The position numbers and the translations under genes were made by a program. DNA of 64,000 nt from an uncultured virus (IMG/VR IMGVR_UViG_3300032296_001854) (lineage: Duplodnaviria > Heunggongvirae > Uroviricota > Caudoviricetes): the IMG/VR virus record IMGVR_UViG_3300032296_001854. One strand, given 5' to 3'. Each line of letters starts with the position of its first letter. The first letter of the stretch is position 1. Below are positions 57,047-64,000 of this stretch, piece after piece. The notes beneath the pieces are model-generated. The model saw only the letters and a program-made list of their open reading frames with translations, was not told where the DNA came from and did no database searches.

Positions 57047-58509
57047 AGGTTATCTACCTAGGTGCTGAGGTTCCTTCAAATAGAGTAATACTTGAGGAAA
57101 CTACCGCAAACCATGTTGGGGTCAGCTACCACCGACTGGTGAGCCGAGGCCTTCCTAAAACCAAAGAGTATCTATTAGAAAACTACTTTAATAAAGATTT
57201 CTATATTTATGTGCACCCTGGCCTGCCCAAGACGCTGAAGCTCACAGCTGATGAGCTAGAAGAGTTTGCCGCAGGGTACGAGCATTTTGTAGCCGTTAAT
57301 ATAGATAGGCTCAACACTGTATTTGAGATTAACAGCCCTACAATCGACCCAGCTTGGGTAGAACGCCATCGTACAAAGGTCTGGTCGGAGTTACCCCCAG
57401 GTAAGTTCGTTCCTGTATGGCAGCCTCAGACGGATTTAAACGGCCTTCAAAGGCTAGCGGACTACTATTTAGATGTCGCAATCCCAGGAGATGCTATAGA
57501 AATAGATACAAGACTTGCTAGCGCTACCCGATTAAACACCAAGCGCCAAGGTACCAGATGGCATGCATTAGGATGTGCAAAGCCCGACAACCTTCGGTCT
57601 ATTCTATTTGAAACCGCAAGTACTTTATCCTGGCTATCACCAATGATGCACGGAGAAACAATCATTTGGGATGGCACAAGGTTAGTCAGGTACCCAAAGA
57701 AGATGAAAGAACAAGCAAGACCAAGGTACAAAGCAATCTATGAAAAGGCTGGCTTGGACCTTGATAAGATAATCGAGGATGACCCGCAAGAAGTCTGTAA
57801 GTTGGCGGTGTGGTCTTATGAACAGTTTGAGATAAGGATGAACAAGATGACCAATAGCCCAGACGACCCATTGTTATATGATAATAGCGAGGGGAGAGAA
57901 GTGGAGCAAAGTGGGGAAACCAATCCTACCGTATATGATAATAAGGGTATTCATACGCGGAAACTTGAACCACGAAATGCCGACGAATATGCCAATCTTC
58001 CAGTGTTTGGATTCGATACAAAGAGTGAAGTTGACGCCGATGGTGTCATCAAAGATGTAACCACTGTAGCCTCACACAGCACCTCACTTAGGGCATGCGA
58101 TACCTGTTTTGTAGCCGCTAATTGCCCCGCTTTTAAACCACAATCTATGTGTGCTTTCAAGTTACCAGTAGAGGTAAAGAGTAAAGAACAACTTAAGGCT
58201 TTAATCAATGCGGTGATAGAAATGCAGGGACAAAGGGTCGCTTTTATGCGATTTGCTGAAGAAATGAATGGTGGATACGCTGACCCCAATGTATCTCAAG
58301 AGATAGACCGCCTATTCAAATTAATTAAAACAACCAAAGAATTGGACGACTCACGTGAGTTTATTCGAATGACTGTAGAGCGCCAAGGAAGTGCGGGTGT
58401 GTTAAGTTCTATCTTCGGAGATAAGGCACAAGCGCTTCGTGAATTGCCAAACGGAGGGCTAAATGAAGAGCAAACCACCCAAATAATTAAGGGTGCTATC
58501 GAAGAATAA
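57043..58509 (+). CDS. Divergent TGT/DpdA-like TIM-barrel protein fused to a Cys-cluster and helical domain (tentative)
   Basis: 'FVPVW', 'HALG', 'ASTLSWLS...G', and C-terminal 'CDTC.....CP.F....C'. Confidence 0.45.
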   Translation: MKVIYLGAEVPSNRVILEETTANHVGVSYHRLVSRGLPKTKEYLLENYFNKDFYIYVHPGLPKTLKLTADELEEFAAGYEHFVAVNIDRLNTVFEINSPTIDPAWVERHRTKVWSELPPGKFVPVWQPQTDLNGLQRLADYYLDVAIPGDAIEIDTRLASATRLNTKRQGTRWHALGCAKPDNLRSILFETASTLSWLSPMMHGETIIWDGTRLVRYPKKMKEQARPRYKAIYEKAGLDLDKIIEDDPQEVCKLAVWSYEQFEIRMNKMTNSPDDPLLYDNSEGREVEQSGETNPTVYDNKGIHTRKLEPRNADEYANLPVFGFDTKSEVDADGVIKDVTTVASHSTSLRACDTCFVAANCPAFKPQSMCAFKLPVEVKSKEQLKALINAVIEMQGQRVAFMRFAEEMNGGYADPNVSQEIDRLFKLIKTTKELDDSREFIRMTVERQGSAGVLSSIFGDKAQALRELPNGGLNEEQTTQIIKGAIEE

Positions 58510-58616
58510 GGATTTCTTATTATCATATAAGAGAACCCTGCAATACCCTGGAACAACATAGTTTCTAAATAGATGTATCGCACTAGTAGAATTAACTTTT
58601 TAACAGAGGAGAGAAT

Positions 58617-60644
58617 ATGGCACTGAGTTTCCGACTAACAGAAGAATTCCTAAAGGATTACCGCAGTAAGAAAGTACCTTGGGGTTATAAAGATGCGGCG
58701 GGCAACTCGGTGGGTGAGATTACTTTCCTTAGAACATACTCCCGACTAAAAGAGGACGGAACCAAAGAGACTTGGGTGGATGTATGCCAGCGAGTAATCG
58801 AGGGCATGTATTCCCTACAAAAAGACCACTGCAAAACCAATCGTCTACCTTGGAATGACAGCAGAGCTCAAGCCTCGGCTAAGGAAGCCTTTGACCGTTT
58901 ATTTAATTTAAAGTGGACACCCCCAGGACGAGGTCTATGGGTTATGGGAACACCACTGGTCAACGAGCAGAAAAACTCCGCGGCTTTACAGAACTGTGCC
59001 TTTGTGTCTACCTCTAGTATGACTAAGTTGGACCCCGCTAAACCGTTTGCTTTCCTCATGGAAGCATCAATGTTGGGCGTTGGAGTCGGATTTGATGACA
59101 AGGGTGCAGACAAGGACTTTTTGATTTACGAGCCAAAACTGCCTGAGGTCACAATCCAGATTCCAGATACCAGGGAGGGATGGGTTGAGTCAGTAAGTAC
59201 CCTGATTAACTCCTACTTAAAACCAGAACAGCCTATTTATGTATTTGATTATTCTTTAATTAGACCAGCGGGTACCCCCATCAAAACCTTTGGCGGCACA
59301 GCTGCGGGCCATGAACCTCTAGAGAAGCTCCACAATCACGTGCGACGCATCTTTAATAAAAAGAAGGCGGGTTCTAAATTAACAAGAGTAGATATAGCAG
59401 ATTTGGGTAATCTAATTGGAGTCTGCGTTGTATCTGGCAATGTCCGCCGCAGTGCTGAGCTGTTAATGGGCCGACTCGATGACCAAGACTTTTTAAATTT
59501 AAAGAACGCAAAGGCTTTCCCTGAGCGCAACTCATACGAAGCTGCAGCTCCTGGCTGGGCCTGGATGTCTAACAACTCTGTAGAAGTATCTGTGGGTTCT
59601 AAATTAGACCACATAGTTGAGGGTATTGCCTTAAACGGTGAGCCTGGTGTTATCTGGATGGATGTTACTCGTCAGTATGGCCGACTTATAGACCCAATCA
59701 ACAATAAAGACCATCGAGCTGCTGGGTACAATCCGTGCGCTGAACAATCGCTAGAATCTTTTGAGTGCTGTACTCTGGTTGAAACTTACCTCAATCGCCA
59801 TGAATCTAAAGAAGATTACCTGCGTACTCTAAAGTTTGCCTATCTCTATGCAAAGACCGTCACATTGCTTCCTACCCACTGGGAAGAAACTAACGCAATC
59901 ATGCAACGAAATCGTCGTATTGGAACCTCTATGTCTGGAGTGGCTAACTTTGCTGACCGCGTAGGTATGCCTGAACTTCGTGAGTGGATGGACGAGGGGT
60001 ATAAAACAATTCAAGACTACGACCGCACATACTCAGAGTGGCTTGGCATTCGAGAATCAATTAAAACTACCACTGTTAAGCCTAGCGGTACCGTTTCTAT
60101 ATTAGCGGGAGAATCTCCTGGGGTTCACTGGACTCCTGGCGGCAAATACTTCCTACGTGCAATCCGTTTCTCTAATGAAGACCCAATGTTACCTTTATTT
60201 AAAGCGTCGGGTTATAAAATAGAAAAGGCTTCCGAATCTCCCAAGACAACTAGCGTCGTTTACTTCCCCATCAAATCAGAGGCGCTACGGTCAGAGAAAG
60301 ATGTTTCAATCTATGAAAAGATGTCGCTTGCGGCTACTGCACAGCGATATTGGTCAGACAACAGCGTCAGCGTTACAGTATCCTTTAATGCAAATACTGA
60401 AAAAGACGCCGTAGGAACAGTTCTACACATGTTTGACGGGCAACTCAAAACCGTTTCCTTTTTACCAATGGGGAACGAGACTTACCCGCAAATGCCTTAC
60501 ACACAGATAACCGAAGCAGAATACGAAAAGTATGCCTTCAAGTTATTGCCTATTGACTTTGTTGACGTTTATGCAGGTATGGCCGCGGACGCAATAGGTG
60601 AAAAGTATTGTTCAACTGATTATTGCGAAATCCCACAACAATGA
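58617..60644 (+). CDS. nrdJ: Class II adenosylcobalamin-dependent ribonucleotide reductase (monomeric RTPR type)
   Basis: 'PPGRGLW', 'NCAF', 'GNVRRSA', 'NPCAEQ', 'TVKPSGTVS', C-terminal 'KYCSTDYC'. No nrdB/F gene in the window. Confidence 0.93.
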   Translation: MALSFRLTEEFLKDYRSKKVPWGYKDAAGNSVGEITFLRTYSRLKEDGTKETWVDVCQRVIEGMYSLQKDHCKTNRLPWNDSRAQASAKEAFDRLFNLKWTPPGRGLWVMGTPLVNEQKNSAALQNCAFVSTSSMTKLDPAKPFAFLMEASMLGVGVGFDDKGADKDFLIYEPKLPEVTIQIPDTREGWVESVSTLINSYLKPEQPIYVFDYSLIRPAGTPIKTFGGTAAGHEPLEKLHNHVRRIFNKKKAGSKLTRVDIADLGNLIGVCVVSGNVRRSAELLMGRLDDQDFLNLKNAKAFPERNSYEAAAPGWAWMSNNSVEVSVGSKLDHIVEGIALNGEPGVIWMDVTRQYGRLIDPINNKDHRAAGYNPCAEQSLESFECCTLVETYLNRHESKEDYLRTLKFAYLYAKTVTLLPTHWEETNAIMQRNRRIGTSMSGVANFADRVGMPELREWMDEGYKTIQDYDRTYSEWLGIRESIKTTTVKPSGTVSILAGESPGVHWTPGGKYFLRAIRFSNEDPMLPLFKASGYKIEKASESPKTTSVVYFPIKSEALRSEKDVSIYEKMSLAATAQRYWSDNSVSVTVSFNANTEKDAVGTVLHMFDGQLKTVSFLPMGNETYPQMPYTQITEAEYEKYAFKLLPIDFVDVYAGMAADAIGEKYCSTDYCEIPQQ

Positions 60645-61069
60645 AAATATTTGTAAGTCTTGTTCTAATTGTAGGCGGGCTATTTTATGTTAATCAGCCA
60701 GAGAAGTGTATAAACCTACACGTTGATGGCGGCGGAAACCAGGTGAGCTCCAGCTGCATCCCGTCGCCAGACAATACAAATGCTTTAGTTCTATTAAGAA
60801 ATGCCGATTATAAAATAGAAGGCACAGTTAAATATGGAAATGCTGTCGTATGTAGGGTCAACGGAATGCCAGCTCCAGAGCTCGAATCATGCAAGGACAT
60901 GCCACCAGCAGAAGCATATTGGGCAGTTTTAATTAAAAAGCACAGGGCTATCCCACTATTTAATGAGTGGGGTTGGGCTCAAACAGGAATCAACGAAGTT
61001 TATTTATCTCAGGGAGACTCTCTAGGATTGGTATTCGTAGTTAATGGAGAAGTAAAATGGCCGTCTTAA
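60641..61069 (+). CDS. Membrane-anchored/secreted transcobalamin-like beta-grasp (DUF4430/SCO2322-like) protein
   Basis: N-terminal hydrophobic signal/anchor; 'YG.AVVCRVNG.P...C..MPPA.AYWA...W.WAQTG....L..GDSLGLVF'. Its ATG overlaps the nrdJ stop. Confidence 0.65.
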   Translation: MKIFVSLVLIVGGLFYVNQPEKCINLHVDGGGNQVSSSCIPSPDNTNALVLLRNADYKIEGTVKYGNAVVCRVNGMPAPELESCKDMPPAEAYWAVLIKKHRAIPLFNEWGWAQTGINEVYLSQGDSLGLVFVVNGEVKWPS

Positions 61070-61185
61070 CACCAGTAAAAAAAACAACTAATTGGCTAAT
61101 TCCACAACTTATTACAAACCTATTCGCTCTTTACATAGCAAATAAGATAAGCGTCGATATATGGCGCTCGCTAACAGGTCATTAA
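61057..61185 (+). CDS. 42-aa single-TM peptide (not in ORF track)
   Basis: SD GGAG; MAVLTPVKKTTNWLIPQLITNLFALYIANKISVDIWRSLTGH; ends just before the terminator. Confidence 0.6.
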   Translation: MAVLTPVKKTTNWLIPQLITNLFALYIANKISVDIWRSLTGH

Positions 61186-61195
61186 AGACTTAAAC

Positions 61196-61236
61196 AGAAA
61201 GGCCACCTAGACCCGAAACTAGGTGGCCTTTCTTTG
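61196..61236. terminator. Terminator at the convergence of the two transcription units, probably bidirectional
   Basis: agaaaggccacctag-acccgaaa-ctaggtggcctttct (15-bp stem). Confidence 0.85.
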
Positions 61237-61308
61237 CGTTAGGGGTAGAGGCGACCCTGACGCGAGTGGGTGCGTTGGGGAAGCAAGAAACCCAACGCGG
61301 ACAAAAAA

Positions 61309-61458
61309 CTATTTACATGAGGTACAGTAGTTCTGCGTTCGTAGGTTCTCTTTGGTGACCACCATAGTTCTTGAACAATGATAGCAAGTCACTAATTTAA
61401 ATGCTTTATCCGCTCTCCTACGAAGAAACAACGCTACAAGTTCCTCTTTAATCTTCAT
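61309..61458 (-). CDS. Small Zn-finger protein
   Basis: 'CYHC...CTSC'; likely start MKIKEEL. Confidence 0.6.
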   Translation of the reverse strand: MKIKEELVALFLRRRADKAFKLVTCYHCSRTMVVTKENLRTQNYCTSCK

Positions 61459-61551
61459 AATCGTCATCATCTCCTTCTTCGTAAATCTCTTCATCGGGGA
61501 TATTGGGCATCGGCCTATCCCACAATGGCTCAGGTACTATCCTACTCAATT

Positions 61552-61857
61552 TTAAGACTCCTGCTTATAAATTAGAGTACCTTGAATCTTTACTGGCTTT
61601 CCGTTCTCATCTTCGTTAACAACAGCGAGCTTAACGCTCTTGCGTGGGGTCAACTGCTGAACCCTCTCTTTAATATAACGCTTACCTGCGCTGGCGTTAG
61701 CCCACGCGGTTACGTTGTTATCAATTTCAATGTCGTCATACCCACCGAGTCCGTTGCTACGACTTTCGGTAATGATGTAAGTGACCTTCCATGCGCCACC
61801 TTTAACGGTGTTTTTCATGAGTGTTGCTTTGAACGTGCGTTCTACTTTGCGAGCCAT
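61552..61857 (-). CDS. Hypothetical protein
   Basis: SD AAAGGAG then MARKVERTF. Confidence 0.75.
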   Translation of the reverse strand: MARKVERTFKATLMKNTVKGGAWKVTYIITESRSNGLGGYDDIEIDNNVTAWANASAGKRYIKERVQQLTPRKSVKLAVVNEDENGKPVKIQGTLIYKQES

Positions 61858-62264
61858 GTTGTCTCCTTTGTTGGCCAATAGTACGGTAATGTTTCATCTA
61901 CCTCGGGAAAGTATTTGCGATAATGTTCGGGCAACTTTCTTACGAGGTTGGCTTGGTGCGACGTGTGGAACTTGTCGTAACCTAGCCATGCTGGCAATAT
62001 TACCCTATCTTTAGGGAATTGCTCTAACAGGGAATCTTGGAAGCCTCGTTCGCGCCACTCAACACAAACTAATCTGCCGTATTCGTATAGTGCGCCTTCA
62101 TAATCTCTCCACATAAGAACGGCGGGGTGGTTTCGCCAACCTTTTGTCATACCTGCTAATACACGCATGACTTGGTAGGCTTCTACTCTCTGCTTACCTA
62201 ATCTTTTATCGTCGAGAACTCTAGCGCTCTCTTTAAAGTCAGGAAGCGGTAAGAACGTCTGAAT
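61842..62264 (-). CDS. Pyrimidine-dimer DNA glycosylase-like (MSMEG_6728 family) protein, ATT start
   Basis: (I/M)QTFLP.PDF..SA.VLD.KRLGKQRVEA...GW.NHPAV.MW...P.WLG...H.SHQ.NL.RK...Y.WP. Confidence 0.85.
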   Translation of the reverse strand: MQTFLPLPDFKESARVLDDKRLGKQRVEAYQVMRVLAGMTKGWRNHPAVLMWRDYEGALYEYGRLVCVEWRERGFQDSLLEQFPKDRVILPAWLGYDKFHTSHQANLVRKLPEHYRKYFPEVDETLPYYWPTKETTWLAK

Positions 62265-62274
62265 CTTTCTCTCC

Positions 62275-62418
62275 TTAGAACGGTGGCTTGTCCCCTTGCG
62301 GAACTATACACATTACGCAGAACGCTACACCCGCAGTAACCGCCTCGTCAATAGCCATGCCGTCAGGAATCACAACCTCTCCGTTGTCGTAATCAATTAA
62401 GCAACGTGAGCACTCCAT
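62275..62418 (-). CDS. 47-aa CxxC...CxxC peptide (not in ORF track)
   Basis: MECSRC...FCVMC...PPF; coupled by TAATG. Confidence 0.55.
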   Translation of the reverse strand: MECSRCLIDYDNGEVVIPDGMAIDEAVTAGVAFCVMCIVPQGDKPPF

Positions 62419-62558
62419 TAATTATCTTTCTTTACAATAGGTAATTCGTTTTCTATATTTGAACTCTCTTGTTGGCAGGTACACCCGCCACACCCGCAGC
62501 GTTGAGCTGGCTCTTCAGCGGGGGTATAAAGAATCTCATTTCCAACGTTATCTCTCAT
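62418..62558 (-). CDS. 46-aa Cys-cluster peptide (not in ORF track)
   Basis: MRDNVGNEIL...CGCGGCTC...; SD GGAG. Confidence 0.55.
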   Translation of the reverse strand: MRDNVGNEILYTPAEEPAQRCGCGGCTCQQESSNIENELPIVKKDN

Positions 62559-62992
62559 TTATTCTCTCCACTTTCAAATAGACTCTCTCCACCTTCTATT
62601 TTTCCTTCAGCAAGAGTTAGTTTCTCTCCGTACCCTTGCCACACAATATTTCCCTCGTTGTCGTGGATAGTTATTAGTTTTTGATTTGGTATCCATTGGT
62701 GAAGCGCGTGGCTATCCACCATAGTCTTGACGCTGGCTTCGGGCTCTCCTTTGTATAGATTTCCGTCAGGTAGTTTAATCATTGAATCCCACTCGCCATT
62801 ATTTGCTCTCTCGATAGCCTCTAAGCATGGGTCTATCATGGCTAGTGGTATGGGCTTATCGAATCTTGTTTGAAGGTGGTGTCCAACCTCGTTCCATAAC
62901 GGCGGTAATTCCTCTACGCCGTCGTCGTCACTCTCGCTAATAATCTCAGCGTCAATAATCTCGTTACCGTAGTTATCGTACTCAGTTACCAT
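62555..62992 (-). CDS. Acidic hypothetical protein
   Basis: Likely start MVTEYDNYG; 'HHLQ...P.P..MI.PC.EAI'. Confidence 0.65.
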   Translation of the reverse strand: MVTEYDNYGNEIIDAEIISESDDDGVEELPPLWNEVGHHLQTRFDKPIPLAMIDPCLEAIERANNGEWDSMIKLPDGNLYKGEPEASVKTMVDSHALHQWIPNQKLITIHDNEGNIVWQGYGEKLTLAEGKIEGGESLFESGENK

Positions 62993-63134
62993 CAGGGTTC
63001 GAATCTTTCTTGTAGTCGGGCTTGTACTTGGGCTTTCTATTATATAACTTCTTGTTTCTAATTGGAACACTCGCATTACTACGGCGTAACTCGAGGATAC
63101 GCCGTAGTTGCTCTGCGGTCTTTGAGAATCTCAC
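62982..63134 (-). CDS. 50-aa basic peptide (not in ORF track)
   Basis: MRFSKTAEQLRRILELRRSNASVPIRNKKLYNRKPKYKPDYKKDSNPDGN. Confidence 0.55.
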   Translation of the reverse strand: MRFSKTAEQLRRILELRRSNASVPIRNKKLYNRKPKYKPDYKKDSNPDGN

Positions 63135-63219
63135 TCGTCGGTTTCGTCGGGCTCGATACACTTGTGGTTATCCCACGCGTAAGGGCTTTGCTCGTCACCG
63201 CACCATGTACACGTTGCCA

Positions 63220-63531
63220 TTATTCACCGTCTAATCCGTAACCGTTTTCAAGGTCACGTTCGTCGGCTTCGTCGAATATAGGCGCTCGTAATCCTAGCCT
63301 ATCTGCGTATGGCTCGATACTATCAACCGCCTCATCTATCTCACCTCTTGTGTCGTGGTAATCAAATAACTCGGTTAAGCGCTCGTCGGTATCGTTTCGT
63401 AGCGCCATAAGGTCAAGGCTTGCGCCTATTGCGGTATCGATTAGGTAGATAGCGTCGCTATCTCCTTCCATATATTTCTTTACTACGTCTTGGTATTGAC
63501 CCGATAGTAGTAAGTCTTTCATAGCACCCAT
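63220..63531 (-). CDS. Acidic hypothetical protein
   Basis: SD AAGGGA; 103 aa. Confidence 0.7.
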   Translation of the reverse strand: MGAMKDLLLSGQYQDVVKKYMEGDSDAIYLIDTAIGASLDLMALRNDTDERLTELFDYHDTRGEIDEAVDSIEPYADRLGLRAPIFDEADERDLENGYGLDGE

Positions 63532-63532
63532 A

Positions 63533-63733
63533 TTAGTTTCCCTTTCGTATTTGGTACTGCTTCGAAGTATCCTCTAAGTAGAACGAATAGTCAATAGCGG
63601 TATGCGCTAAGTTAGTTAGATATTCTGCTTGAGGGTGGTCACTTGCTTCGGTTGCGCCGACTATCTTGAGTAGCGTATCCCTCAGTAGTTGTTTGTAATC
63701 TATATTTGTTTCCTCTGCTATTTCTATTTCCAT
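63533..63733 (-). CDS. Hypothetical protein
   Basis: SD AGGGA; 66 aa. Confidence 0.65.
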   Translation of the reverse strand: MEIEIAEETNIDYKQLLRDTLLKIVGATEASDHPQAEYLTNLAHTAIDYSFYLEDTSKQYQIRKGN

Positions 63734-63817
63734 AATCCCTGCTTCTGTAATCCTTCCGTTTGCGGGTTTGTGTTGAAGCGCGGTGGGGGGAAGGGATAGC
63801 CCACCGCGCCAACCTTA

Positions 63818-64000
63818 TTAGCGCCTTACGACCTTCATCTGTGATTTAACTAGGTCTTTGGCTACGTCGAGAATATCTTTGGCTTCGTCAACGACCCTAA
63901 AGAACTTAGCGCCATGACGTAAGGTAATCATGTATTGGTCGTAACGCTCTCGGTCGTTATCTTTGACCCATTGAAGGCTACCTAAGAATATGACACTCGT
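63818..64000 (-). CDS. 3' end of a gene running off the window
   Basis: Open frame TSVIFLGSLQW...HGAKFFRVVDEAKDILDVAKDLVKSQMKVVRR-stop. Confidence 0.55.
   Translation of the reverse strand, partial: TSVIFLGSLQWVKDNDRERYDQYMITLRHGAKFFRVVDEAKDILDVAKDLVKSQMKVVRR

Noticed and set aside
58510..58616. Cobalamin riboswitch upstream of nrdJ
   Set aside because: The gap is short and AT-rich, with no B12-box motifs that I can recognise.
41553..60644. Inteins or introns in polA, recA or nrdJ
   Set aside because: Protein lengths are normal, the motifs are contiguous, and no splice-junction or homing endonuclease motifs are seen.
63818..64000. Terminal fragment as a CobT/VWA protein extending the B12 theme
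   Set aside because: Only 60 residues are visible and they carry no diagnostic motif. Phage CobS/CobT-like AAA-VWA pairs are often unrelated to B12. The adjacent sequence is needed.
1..64000. Stop-codon reassignment
   Set aside because: Genes are full length in the standard code, all three stops are used as terminators, and no suppressor tRNA is present.

Overview
This window is a 64 kb segment of a tailed dsDNA phage genome with a contractile tail (myovirus). The host is very probably an Actinobacterium: the window has a whiB gene and many leaderless promoters, and its moderate GC suggests a freshwater or low-GC lineage. Plus strand 1-30.8 kb is the virion module: head-tail adaptor, collagen-like and glycine-rich fibres, a GT2 glycosyltransferase, a run of tiny Lys-rich proteins, sheath, tube, chaperone with a probable +1 frameshift, tape measure and baseplate. 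30.8-48 kb covers replication and recombination: HTH initiator with iterons, DnaC-like loader, DnaB, DnaG, SNF2 helicase, three tRNAs, SSB, PolA, RecA, WhiB, Cas4-like and RuvC-like nucleases. 48-61 kb holds accessory genes: HslV-like protease, SpoVS, Hsp20, a metallophosphoesterase, a nucleotidyltransferase/HAD/TGT-like cassette and a class II RNR. After 61.2 kb come convergent minus-strand small genes. The most interesting signal is an apparent phage cobalamin (B12) module. It comprises a B12-dependent NrdJ, a translationally coupled membrane-anchored transcobalamin-like (DUF4430-type) protein, and a PduO cobalamin adenosyltransferase wedged between, and overlapping, tRNA genes. No terminase, portal, major capsid, integrase or CRISPR array is visible. 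All family calls are motif recognition by eye, not database searches.
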